In this document: in pieces, positions 38,213-47,134 of the stretch | How positions within the stretch are numbered: the first letter of the stretch is position 1 | How the letters are laid out: each line of letters begins with the position of its first letter | Assembly: GCA_023255625.1 (NCBI GenBank) | Contig: JAHFLF010000001.1 | Coordinates: 290,965 to 354,964, forward strand | Direction: 5' to 3' | Origin: Candidatus Harrisonbacteria bacterium | Lineage (GTDB): Bacteria; Patescibacteriota; Minisyncoccia; UBA6257; 1-14-0-10-44-23 | DNA length: 64,000 nucleotides | Translations under genes and position numbers: made by a program | Notes under the pieces: generated by a model | What the model was told of the DNA's origin: nothing | The model's database searches: none | Seen by the model: the letters and a program-made list of their open reading frames with translations, nothing else

Positions 38213-38544
38213 CCGAGCGGCGTAAAAATACCAGAATGGCTCTCTGGCAGTGAGTTAAAATCCAGTAGCTCATGCGAATGTAATCCGCTCATCGGATACT
38301 GGTTCAGCGTGCGAACAAGACTCGCGCACGCTGGAAAGGGTTTCAGGAGTCAGCCTTGGTGAGGGGTCGGCAGCGATGTCGGCCCCTCCCAGAAAAACTG
38401 CGTATTCGCGGGTGGAAGTTTCAAACGGAAATTTTTACGCGCGAGTCCGTTGTAACCGGATTCGAAAAGAGAAAACCGCTATCGCATCCTTCGTGGTAGG
38501 AGGTGCGATGAGCTTCGTCCTTCGGGACAAAAGGAGTGACTACC

Positions 38545-38865
38545 ATGAGTCTAAGGGGAGACGACAGCTATCTCGGACCATTCCACCGTCAGCGCACCCC
38601 GGCCGAGGCGGCGGCTGACGCGCCGCATGAGCTCCTCCGGAAGCAGGAGCTTGACGCCGCCGAAAGGATGTACCGCGCGGCGACTGCGGCCGAGTCGCCG
38701 CGGAAATCCAGGAGTGTCGTAGATCTCCTGGATCAGGGCTGCGCGGCGACTGCGGCGGAGAGGGAGTACCTCGCCGCCCGACATCGGGCCGAGAGACGCT
38801 TCGGCAACCGGAACATCCCGGGGGCTGACGGAGGGCCGGGTGGTGGCCAAACGCCCGACGCGTAG
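38545..38865 (+). CDS. hypothetical protein (106 aa), island gene 3
   Basis: AAAAGGAGTGACTACC before the ATG at 38545. Confidence 0.5.
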   Translation: MSLRGDDSYLGPFHRQRTPAEAAADAPHELLRKQELDAAERMYRAATAAESPRKSRSVVDLLDQGCAATAAEREYLAARHRAERRFGNRNIPGADGGPGGGQTPDA

Positions 38866-39156
38866 CCGGGCAGGTCAGCCGAAAACGCCGGGTTAGCCAC
38901 CGGCGTAAATATTCCCAGAGTGGCGCTCTGGGCTGGATGACAAAATACACCCTGTCATCCTGTGGGTTTCTCCGGCGCTGTTAAACGCCGGTGATAAGGG
39001 TAGCGCGTGGCGGAGGAGTGGGAAGACCCCACCCTCCGCCGCACAAAATTCAAACAAAGATTTTTGCGATGGACATTTACATTATGCGTTCCTGGGGACG
39101 CTTGGTCTATCGCAGAAACCTCTGCTTGAAAGACAGCTGGGGAGAAAGAGTGGTTT

Positions 39157-39375
39157 ATGGAGCTGTGGGAGGTCAGTGTCACAGTCCTGTCACCAAGGAG
39201 GGGGACTGTGAAGGCAGAGGTGAAGTCTTCCGAGGCAGAAGTTCTAGATCTTTGCAGAAATTACCCTGCAAGGTATTTAGGACTTAAAATTTCCGTGGCG
39301 AAGATGGAGTCAGAAGGGGTTCAGTGTACTGACCCGCTCTTCTGCGTCATCGACATATCCCCGGGAGGTGATTAA
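39157..39375 (+). CDS. hypothetical small protein (72 aa), island gene 4
   Basis: GGGGAGAAAGAGTGGTTT before the ATG. Confidence 0.4.
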   Translation: MELWEVSVTVLSPRRGTVKAEVKSSEAEVLDLCRNYPARYLGLKISVAKMESEGVQCTDPLFCVIDISPGGD

Positions 39376-39386
39376 TCCGCGTCCTG

Positions 39387-39770
39387 ATGATCACGGGACG
39401 GTTCGCTGGTCAGGTGCGGGAGATCCCGCCGACCACCGACCCGATGGAGCTCTTCGGCTTCTGCGCCCGGGAAAACTGGGCGTGGGAGGTGGAGTGGGCT
39501 TCGGCAACGAGCACACAGGAGAAGTTCGTCTGGGGGCGTGCTGACATGGTCGGCCGTTGCCTGCGAGCGCTCCTGCATGGCCGGCCGGTTTTCCTCAGCG
39601 GTAAGAGATATGCCGCCAAAGGAACCGATGCGGCTGGCGTAGTTGCCGGACAGCTCGAAGACGCCATCGTTAATTCCGGCACCAACGTTCGCGTTGGCTC
39701 AGATGACGAGGATGGCGTCGTCATTGAGCTCTGCTCGGACGAAGAGCCCGGCAGTTCTGCGCGCAACTGA
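39387..39770 (+). CDS. hypothetical protein (127 aa), island gene 5
   Basis: GGGAGGTGA upstream. Acidic C-terminus. Confidence 0.4.
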   Translation: MITGRFAGQVREIPPTTDPMELFGFCARENWAWEVEWASATSTQEKFVWGRADMVGRCLRALLHGRPVFLSGKRYAAKGTDAAGVVAGQLEDAIVNSGTNVRVGSDDEDGVVIELCSDEEPGSSARN

Positions 39771-39849
39771 CAAAGCGCGCTATCTCAAAACCTCTGCTTG
39801 AAACACAACGGAGGAGAAAGGTTAGCCGTTGCGGAACCGGAGGGCTAAG

Positions 39850-40137
39850 ATGGAGCGGCTACGAAAAGTAGCCGCAAAACTGTGTCTGAGAGTTCGACTC
39901 TCAGAACAGTATTGTGTCAGCTACGACACAATCATGCGGTTCGACAGGGTAGTTCACGCGGAAGGCGTGAGATTTATCCTGGCGTTTCCAGGGAGCGTAG
40001 TTGCGGTCTTCTTCAGCAGTAAGACGCTTTGGTCAATTGTTGAAGAAGCTGGCGCCCTTTTGGCGGTATACGATAGCGTTGACACTATCAACCGCCTTCT
40101 TAAGGAAGAGGAGGAAGAGGAGGAATTGGAGGGATGA
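39850..40137 (+). CDS. hypothetical protein with poly-Glu tail, island gene 6
   Basis: CCGGAGGGCTAAG before the ATG at 39850. Ends with EEEEEEELEG. Confidence 0.4.
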   Translation: MERLRKVAAKLCLRVRLSEQYCVSYDTIMRFDRVVHAEGVRFILAFPGSVVAVFFSSKTLWSIVEEAGALLAVYDSVDTINRLLKEEEEEEELEG

Positions 40138-40387
40138 GATAGTCGTCCCTTCCAAACAATTAGCGTTTTCCGGGCGGTGCGCACACAACGCGCCGCCCGG
40201 AGAGAATTAAAATTTACCCGATAACGGGCTGGAAGTGAGTATCGTGGGCTCCGCGTAGAGGTCGTGAGTTTGAAAAGCCGGGCGAGGCGTTTAGCCGAGC
40301 CCGGATAAATCTCTCTCCTCTAAGCGACCTCTGCGCGGATTTTGCGCGACTTGCTTCCGGCCCAGTGTCGGGTATTTTGACGGAAAT

Positions 40388-40425
40388 TAACAAAACCCCG
40401 GGCGGCCAGCTGGCCGCCCGGGGTT
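40388..40425. terminator. bidirectional hairpin AAAACCCCGGGCGGCCAGCTGGCCGCCCGGGGTTTTGGTTT at the right border of the island
   Basis: 16-bp perfect stem flanked by A-tract and T-tract. Confidence 0.6.
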
Positions 40426-40439
40426 TTGGTTTGGAAAAT

Positions 40440-41540
40440 TTAAATTTTAATATACCGAGTTCCTCGCCCTTGTCCAATTCTCTCCAGAAGTTTCAACTTC
40501 ACCAGACGAGTCAATGCTTGCTTAACAGTTTCTCTCTGAATTGTACCGGAAAGTCGCTCGACAACCTCCGCTACACCCATTTCTTGACCCGGCGAGAAAA
40601 GTTGATACACTGCTTTTTGTTTTCCAGAGAGAAGTTTTTCTGGTTGGTCCGCGTCCATAATCTTTCGCGCTCGCGCACACTGCTCTATAAGCGCGGTAAG
40701 AAAATAATCAATCCATGACGAGATGTCTTCGTTTTCTGTGCCGTGATTTTTTTGGGTTGCACGAAGCGCGAGGTAATAATCTACTTTGGTCTGCTCAATA
40801 ATTTCATCAAGCGAGACATATGGAACATAACTATATCCAGCTTGAAGAAGCAGGAAATGAGTAAGTGCTCTACTGACTCGACCGTTGCCATCCGCGAATG
40901 GGTGAATAGCTAGGAATTCAAAGATAAAATTTGCAATCACGAGCAGCGGATGAATCGTGCGGTCTTTAAGTCGCTCGTTGGTCCATTCTATGGCTGTGAG
41001 CATTTCTCCTTTAACGAGATATGAATGAGTAGGATTAAAAAGCACTACATTTTCTTTTTGTTCGTTTGTCAGGACGACTGCGTTATCGCCGTCTTTGTAT
41101 TTACCTTTGTGAAATTTATCTTTCGCAGAAAATTGGAGGAGGATACTATGAAACTGTTGTATCCAACCTTCGGTTAACTTCATTGTTCTCCAGCTATCAA
41201 AAATCCGCCCAATGAGATCGGCGTAACCCGCTACCTCTTCTTGGTCTCGTCCTTTCGGTACATTTACTTTGAGCCCGCGCAAAAAGCGGGCAATTTCTTC
41301 GTCGGTCATTTTTGCACCCTCAATACGCGTCGAAGCGCCGGTCGAGGTGATAATCACAAACGATTTAAGACGCCCGAGTATTTGCGGACTAAGACGCTGG
41401 CTGCCTTGCCAGAGACCTTGAAATTGATCTATTTTTGCGATTCTAGCGAGAATATCTTGAGACAAAGGTATTCTTTTTTCAAAACGCTGCGTATTATTGA
41501 TATTTCTGTTGTTTTTCATAATGTATTGACTATATACCAA
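40440..41540 (-). CDS. Fic/DOC family protein (AMPylator-like) with C-terminal wHTH
   Basis: Canonical Fic motif HPFADGNGRVSRAL. Confidence 0.8.
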   Translation of the reverse strand: MVYSQYIMKNNRNINNTQRFEKRIPLSQDILARIAKIDQFQGLWQGSQRLSPQILGRLKSFVIITSTGASTRIEGAKMTDEEIARFLRGLKVNVPKGRDQEEVAGYADLIGRIFDSWRTMKLTEGWIQQFHSILLQFSAKDKFHKGKYKDGDNAVVLTNEQKENVVLFNPTHSYLVKGEMLTAIEWTNERLKDRTIHPLLVIANFIFEFLAIHPFADGNGRVSRALTHFLLLQAGYSYVPYVSLDEIIEQTKVDYYLALRATQKNHGTENEDISSWIDYFLTALIEQCARARKIMDADQPEKLLSGKQKAVYQLFSPGQEMGVAEVVERLSGTIQRETVKQALTRLVKLKLLERIGQGRGTRYIKI

Positions 41541-41698
41541 CTATATCCGATAGTACACGATTATATCCAATAAAGCAACTACGATTATTCTCTGGATGCT
41601 TTCTAGCCCACCGCCAGTTTTTTAGATCTGAAAATCAGTGAATTCGAGCTGTTTTATACCTGTATTCACTGATTATTGTGATTTTATGACGAATACCG

Positions 41699-42205
41699 CT
41701 ATTTCTTGGCCCTACCAACCAGTGGCACGAGACACGCGGCAGCAATCAGCGCGCCAACGGTGTTGCTAGTCAAATCCAGCCAGGTGTCGGTTGCAGAAGG
41801 GGAGAAAATAATGCCGGTCGTACTTTGGAGAAAGAATTCAAGAAGTTCGTTGCCAACACCAAGGGCGGTAACGATGAGCAGAGATAGAATTATAAATCTA
41901 GAATTATGAATTAAAGTTTTAGAGTCGCGCCCAGCCAAAAAACAGGTGAAGAAGGCAAGAAAGCCGCCGCCAACCGCATGCAAAAAACGGTTGCCAAGAT
42001 CCTGGTCGGGGATGGCATAACTTATGGCAAACGCTAAAGCACTGGCAATCACAAGATATATAATAGACCGGACTGATTGTGCACTCATGCGCGGCTTTGG
42101 AGCTCCAAAAAATGCGGGAAAGGCACGGAACAAAACTATATAGGCGACACAAAAAAGAACAATGAGAAGTAAAAGGTAAAGGATGTCGGAAAGGTGCAGG
42201 GGCAT
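41699..42205 (-). CDS. membrane protein (4-5 TM), unknown function
   Basis: Hydrophobic ORF. ATG at 42205. Confidence 0.45.
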   Translation of the reverse strand: MPLHLSDILYLLLLIVLFCVAYIVLFRAFPAFFGAPKPRMSAQSVRSIIYLVIASALAFAISYAIPDQDLGNRFLHAVGGGFLAFFTCFLAGRDSKTLIHNSRFIILSLLIVTALGVGNELLEFFLQSTTGIIFSPSATDTWLDLTSNTVGALIAAACLVPLVGRAKK

Positions 42206-42532
42206 CGTATTGCTGATTTTACGCCGACGCACTCCAAAAGTCTACGCTAATAAATACGCGGCTTCCGACAAGATGAGCAGGGATACCTTTTACTGCTCCC
42301 TTTGTCGGAAGCCGCGTATTTATTTACCAAAATAAAAAGGTGCGGGTTCGGCTGAAGGGGACAGTAAAAAGTCTCCCTGTCCATCTCAGCCGAACCCGCA
42401 CCGTCTTTACTCGCTATTTTTCCTCCCCAGGATTTTTGATTTTGCCTTGAAGCGCGGCGCAAAACTGATTTCGCAGCCATTCGCTTGCGATGGGCCCGGC
42501 TGCAAAATTAGTTTTGCGCCGCGCTCTCCGCT

Positions 42533-45028
42533 CTACCCGCATCGACTAAATCCACAGGATCCACAGGACATACACCCCTCCTTCAGAGTCAAATTTCCGC
42601 CGCAGTCTGGACAGCCCGGCATCATACCGAAATTGGCAATCGTTTGTTTCTTCGCCGCTCCTTCGCCAGAACTGGCGACTCTCTGTCCTTCCCCGGCAGA
42701 AACTGGCGCACTGATTAATTCATTAATCGTTCCCTCCGAAACCGTCTTCTGTCCTCCGGTAACATGCTCTTCTAGAATCTGCGCAATCGCATCAGGGAGG
42801 GAAAGAATTGTTCCCCGATTTGTCATGACCGGCATCGGCCCGCGGATACCCTTCATCTGCTTAATTATCTCCTCGACTTTAATGTGGCTGCGTAGAGCAA
42901 TGGAAATAAGCCGGCAAAGCGCTTCGGATTGTTCCTGGAAAAATCCGCCGCTCTTGCCCAGAGTCGCGAAGACCTCAATCGGTGCACCATACTCGTCATC
43001 ATTCACCGTAACGAAGAGAATGCCGTAACCGGTCTTCACTTTATAAGTCTTGCCGGAGACAACATCTGGCCGCACTCGCGGGGTCAACTTGCCGGCGTCA
43101 ATCGCCAAGTTCAGCGGCTTTTCAATCTGCTGCACTACTTTTTCTTTTGTGCCAAAACCCTCGGTCGTTGATTTGATATTTTCACCGGCTCCGATATTCA
43201 ATACCTGCACCTCGCGACTACCGTCGCGATAAAAAGTCATCCCTTTGCAACCTTGTTTCCAAGCCAGCACATAACCGGCCGCCACCTCCTCACGCGTCGC
43301 GCTGTTTGGAAAGTTAATCGTCTTACTAATTGAATTATCAACATGCTTCTGAAATGACGCCTGCATCTGGATATGATCTTCGGCTGCAATATCCATGGAA
43401 ACCACAAATGTATCGCGCAAATCTTTAGGCAGGGTCGAGAGGTTCTGGATGCTGCCGGTCTTGAGGAGCTCGTCCATAATACCGCTCTTATTAATATCAA
43501 TCTTGCGATCTTTGAGCGCCTGTTCGAAAACCGGATTTAAATACTTATATTGCAAACCGTCTTTATCCTGCTTGGTAAAGTACAAGGCAAAGTTTGGTTC
43601 TATGCCGCTAGAGCAGTCGGTAAACATCGAGATCGAACCGGTCGGCGCAACGGTCGTGAGCGCGGCATTACGCATCTTAATCCGTTTTTTGCCAAACACA
43701 CTGTCTTTCCAAAGTCCGAATGCACCTTTTTCTTTGGCGAGCACCTGGCTCATTGCATGGGCCTCGTCGTTAATAAAGCCCATTACTTTTTCGCCCAGAT
43801 CGCGGCCCTGCTTAGAGTTATATTGCACGCCGAGCTTATAGAGCATGTCGGCAAAACCCATAATTCCCAACCCGATTCTACGCGTAGACTGGGCCCGATC
43901 AGTCACTTTCTGAACCGGATGCGCATACAAATCAATCACATTATCGTGCAAACGAACTGCAGTACGGGTTACCTTGCGTAGCCGTTGCCAATCAATCTTT
44001 TCTCCCTTCACAAAAGCAGAAAGATTTATTGAACCAAGATTACAGACATCATAGTGATGCAGGAACTGCTCACCGCACGGGTTAGTCGAATCAATCGCGC
44101 CGAGTTGAGGCAGAGGATTAGTCTTGTTGGCAGCATCCAGGTTCACTACACCGGGCTCGCCATTAAACCAGGCGCCCTCAACGAGTTCGTCAAAAAGTTG
44201 CTTGGCCGTCATGTCTAATTCCTCGAAACCATTTACCGAACCGTTGCCGGAGCGTAACACCCGGTGCGGCTTCATCCGCTTGCCATTCCAACGAGCGAGC
44301 CAGGGCTCATTTGGTTTTTCCGTAACGGCTTTCATAAACTCATCGGTGATGCCGACGGAAATATTAAAGTTGCGGATACTGCCTTCAACAGTTTTGCAGT
44401 GAATGAAATCCAGAATATCCGGATGATCCACCGGCATGATGGCCATGTTCGCACCGTGGCGTCCCTGCTGCTTAATAATTCCAAATGCAGTGTTGTAAAT
44501 TTTTAGAAATTCAACCGGGCCGGAGGACATGCCGTTGGTGCGCTTCGTCGGCGTACCGGCCGGACGCAGATGACCGAAAGAAAAGCCCAGCCCACTGCCG
44601 GCCTGCTGCAAAAGTGCGGCTTCTTTTAAAGTCTGAAAAATATCTTCGAGCGTATCTAAGACGGGGAGCACAATGCAGTTGGCAATAATCGGCGTACCGG
44701 CGCCGACATTGGTCAAAGTGCGGCCGGCCGGTGTGTGCTCCTTGTTGGCCATGATCTCAAAAAAATCTTGCTCGATTTTTTTGACCTGCGAATCGGTTTT
44801 TCCGTATTTTTCTTTTTCAATCTGCGCCAACCCGCCGGCAACACGGTGAAAAAGTTCCGCCGGAGTCTCCTGCGTGCCGTCTTCGCGTTTGGCGAGATAG
44901 CGTTTCTTCATCATTTTCAGAGCGTTCTCGGAAAATGACTGATTTATTTTTTTATCAAATTCTTTTTGTGAATTCACGGCTGATTTTTTTGCTACGAATA
45001 CTCTTTTCGCGACAGCTTTCTTCTTCAT
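42533..45028 (-). CDS. nrdJ: class II (adenosylcobalamin-dependent) ribonucleotide reductase NrdJ with C-terminal zinc ribbon
   Basis: Long RNR core with C-terminal CPDCGG...CMSCGSCGFSRCG. ATG at 45028. Confidence 0.8.
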   Translation of the reverse strand: MKKKAVAKRVFVAKKSAVNSQKEFDKKINQSFSENALKMMKKRYLAKREDGTQETPAELFHRVAGGLAQIEKEKYGKTDSQVKKIEQDFFEIMANKEHTPAGRTLTNVGAGTPIIANCIVLPVLDTLEDIFQTLKEAALLQQAGSGLGFSFGHLRPAGTPTKRTNGMSSGPVEFLKIYNTAFGIIKQQGRHGANMAIMPVDHPDILDFIHCKTVEGSIRNFNISVGITDEFMKAVTEKPNEPWLARWNGKRMKPHRVLRSGNGSVNGFEELDMTAKQLFDELVEGAWFNGEPGVVNLDAANKTNPLPQLGAIDSTNPCGEQFLHHYDVCNLGSINLSAFVKGEKIDWQRLRKVTRTAVRLHDNVIDLYAHPVQKVTDRAQSTRRIGLGIMGFADMLYKLGVQYNSKQGRDLGEKVMGFINDEAHAMSQVLAKEKGAFGLWKDSVFGKKRIKMRNAALTTVAPTGSISMFTDCSSGIEPNFALYFTKQDKDGLQYKYLNPVFEQALKDRKIDINKSGIMDELLKTGSIQNLSTLPKDLRDTFVVSMDIAAEDHIQMQASFQKHVDNSISKTINFPNSATREEVAAGYVLAWKQGCKGMTFYRDGSREVQVLNIGAGENIKSTTEGFGTKEKVVQQIEKPLNLAIDAGKLTPRVRPDVVSGKTYKVKTGYGILFVTVNDDEYGAPIEVFATLGKSGGFFQEQSEALCRLISIALRSHIKVEEIIKQMKGIRGPMPVMTNRGTILSLPDAIAQILEEHVTGGQKTVSEGTINELISAPVSAGEGQRVASSGEGAAKKQTIANFGMMPGCPDCGGNLTLKEGCMSCGSCGFSRCG

Positions 45029-45317
45029 AATGGGAAAGGGATAATTAAAATAATAAAATTTTCGATGAAGAAAAAATATGCACTGGAAATCATCAGGAAT
45101 TTTTTCGTTCCTCAATTCTACTCCCCGTTCTCAAGACCTGGCAAGAGTGGATAACTCAAAAATGTTCAAGCTAAAAAAGATTTTTAACAAGTGTCAACGA
45201 CGCCAACCTAAAAATCGCTTCACAAACCAAAAAATCAGCTCCGCGGGGCTGATTTTTTGGGCCTTTTTCTTAGTTTCGACCAATTAACCAACTAACCAAC
45301 TAACTGATGAACTAATT

Positions 45318-45675
45318 CTGGTGCCGCGGGTCAGAATCGAACTGACAACCACTTCCTCTTCCAAGGATATTCTCTGCATTACTGCAAAGTTTGGACTATA
45401 TCATCTCCCCAGAGGGGAGTCGGGCGCTATCTGCGAGGTTATTGTTGGGACTCACTCGCTAGTCTCTACACCTGCCTCCGCTAAAGCTACTGCAGGCAAG
45501 CCTTCTTCAACGATTTGGCTTGCTTGCAATCCGTAGCCTCCCGGCGAAGGATTGGCTCGGGATTTTCCTCTCACAAGGAGTTCCCCCGAATTCACCCAAT
45601 TATTCAATCCATATTACTATGGAAGGCCCCAAAGAGTTATCAATAGGGAAATGCTCTACCATTGAGCTACCGCGG
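45318..45675 (-). tRNA. tRNA-Phe (anticodon GAA) interrupted by a 283-nt group I intron between U33 and G34 (exons 45644-45675 and 45318-45360)
   Basis: Exon 1 GCCGCGGTAGCTCAATGGTAGAGCATTTCCCT. Exon 2 GAAGAGGAAGTGGTTGTCAGTTCGATTCTGACCCGCGGCACCA. Intron carries group I R-like (TAGAGACTAG) and S-like (GATATAGTCC) elements, a GGGG internal guide, and ends in G. Confidence 0.7.
45361..45643 (-). mobile_element. group I intron within the tRNA-Phe anticodon loop, with no homing-endonuclease ORF
   Basis: See the tRNA-Phe entry. The 5' exon ends in U and the 3' exon follows a G. Confidence 0.6.
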
Positions 45676-46377
45676 CAGCGGCGCGAACTGCTTCAAACCC
45701 TCAATCCACCCCATAATTTTATAGAACAGTTGAGTATTGTTGATTCTAATTTGAATGACCCCAAAAGGCAAGCGATTAAAGGGTCTTTTACCTTTGCTAG
45801 ATAAACTTACGAAAATATGCACTTTGCCAAAACGACTCTTGGGAATCTTAGTAATCTTTGACCAATAACTAATTGCTTCATCTTCTTGAATATGTTTAAA
45901 GATTCTTAAATCTGCAGTGATCTTTTCTTCTGGTACATTGCAAATCTCGCGGATAAATCTTAGAAACATCTGCACCAACAACGGATCAGAATTTGTAAGA
46001 CTTATTGAGTGTGCTGTTATTTCACGACCCTTAACTTTTCTCACTCTTTTATAACCTTCCGCCCAGTAAAGCGCGATTCCGACAATAAACAAATTTTCTC
46101 TTGATACCTCACGAATCTCAGATTGAGCCAATTCCAAAATATCATCTCTCCGCTTAATGGCTAGGGCTGTCTGCTCCTTATTTCTTTTTATAAAACCAGC
46201 AAGGGATTTTTCGCGGCTCCGGACTGCAATTTTTTTCCGGGCCTCATCAGAAAGGGGAACTTCTTTCAACCATAAAGAAAGGGTTGATTTAGAAATCCCT
46301 AGCAACAGTTTTTGAATCTGACCATAACTCAGACCTTCTAACCTCAACTGAATCGCACGATTTTTATCTTTCCTCAT
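45667..46377 (-). CDS. hypothetical HTH-domain protein (236 aa) immediately upstream of, and slightly overlapping, tRNA-Phe
   Basis: N-terminal GLSYGQIQKLLGISKSTLSLWLKE HTH. Basic. Function unknown. Confidence 0.45.
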   Translation of the reverse strand: MRKDKNRAIQLRLEGLSYGQIQKLLLGISKSTLSLWLKEVPLSDEARKKIAVRSREKSLAGFIKRNKEQTALAIKRRDDILELAQSEIREVSRENLFIVGIALYWAEGYKRVRKVKGREITAHSISLTNSDPLLVQMFLRFIREICNVPEEKITADLRIFKHIQEDEAISYWSKITKIPKSRFGKVHIFVSLSSKGKRPFNRLPFGVIQIRINNTQLFYKIMGWIEGLKQFAPLPR

Positions 46378-46468
46378 CTATATAGTGTATCATAGTCGTT
46401 CTATTTATTACAAATAAAACAAAGACTTCACATTTTGCCTTACTTTCTGTATAGTATTCCAGTCAGAT

Positions 46469-46540
46469 GGTGCCCATAGTTTAGTGGTAAAACTCTTCCC
46501 TGTGGCGGAAAAAATACGGGTTCGATTCCCGTTGGGCACC
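46469..46540 (+). tRNA. tRNA-His (anticodon GTG) with encoded G-1
   Basis: G-1 plus GTGCCCA acceptor, anticodon loop CTGTGGC, discriminator C73. This is the tRNA-His signature. Confidence 0.75.
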
Positions 46541-46541
46541 C

Positions 46542-47126
46542 ATGAAAATTTTATTTGCCGTTTTGTCAGTCATCATCGGGCTTTCGGCCTTTGGTACATA
46601 CATCAAAGATATATTCCTGAAGCGGACGAAGCCGCACGCCTACACCTGGCTTATTTGGGCGCTCACACAGGGGACTGCGACCGCTGGTCTTTTATACGGT
46701 AATGGGGGCCTTGGCGCGATTGAGCTTGTTATTGGAACAATGCTCGTGCTTGTTGTTTTCGTTTTTTCTCTTAGGCACGGAACCAAAAATATCACAAAGA
46801 GCGATACGGCCGTCTTAATACTGGCGCTGCTGGCAATCTTTGTCTGGTGGCAACTCCATAACCCGGTCGCCGCAGTCCTGATGGTCTCGGCGATAGATGC
46901 CTTTGGCTATATTCCGAGTTTTAGAAAATCATGGCAAGACCCATGGAGCGAGACGCTGCTCTCATGGGGACTATTTTCAGTTGGCAATCTATGCTCGCTA
47001 GCCGCGCTCACTGAATACAACCTGCTAACAGTAACTTATCTCATAACTATTTCTAGCTTCAACATCATGCTTATGATCCTCTGTCTATTGCGAAGAAGAA
47101 AGGTTGCGCGTCTGATTACACCTTAA
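46542..47126 (+). CDS. multi-pass membrane protein, paralog of the 10277..10843 product
   Basis: Shared motifs with the GC-rich paralog (TWLIWAL, KSWQDPWSE, NLCS). Confidence 0.5.
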   Translation: MKILFAVLSVIIGLSAFGTYIKDIFLKRTKPHAYTWLIWALTQGTATAGLLYGNGGLGAIELVIGTMLVLVVFVFSLRHGTKNITKSDTAVLILALLAIFVWWQLHNPVAAVLMVSAIDAFGYIPSFRKSWQDPWSETLLSWGLFSVGNLCSLAALTEYNLLTVTYLITISSFNIMLMILCLLRRRKVARLITP

Positions 47127-47134
47127 AATCTCAC

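Noticed and set aside
42447-43028. 193-aa plus-strand ORF antisense to nrdJ, plus several other antisense ORFs of 60-150 aa within nrdJ, ftsH and recA.
   Set aside because: Shadow ORFs within well-supported long genes on the opposite strand.
45520-45804. 94-aa plus-strand ORF inside and across the tRNA-Phe intron.
   Set aside because: It runs antisense through the intron catalytic core and the tRNA exon and has no homing-endonuclease motif. Treated as spurious.
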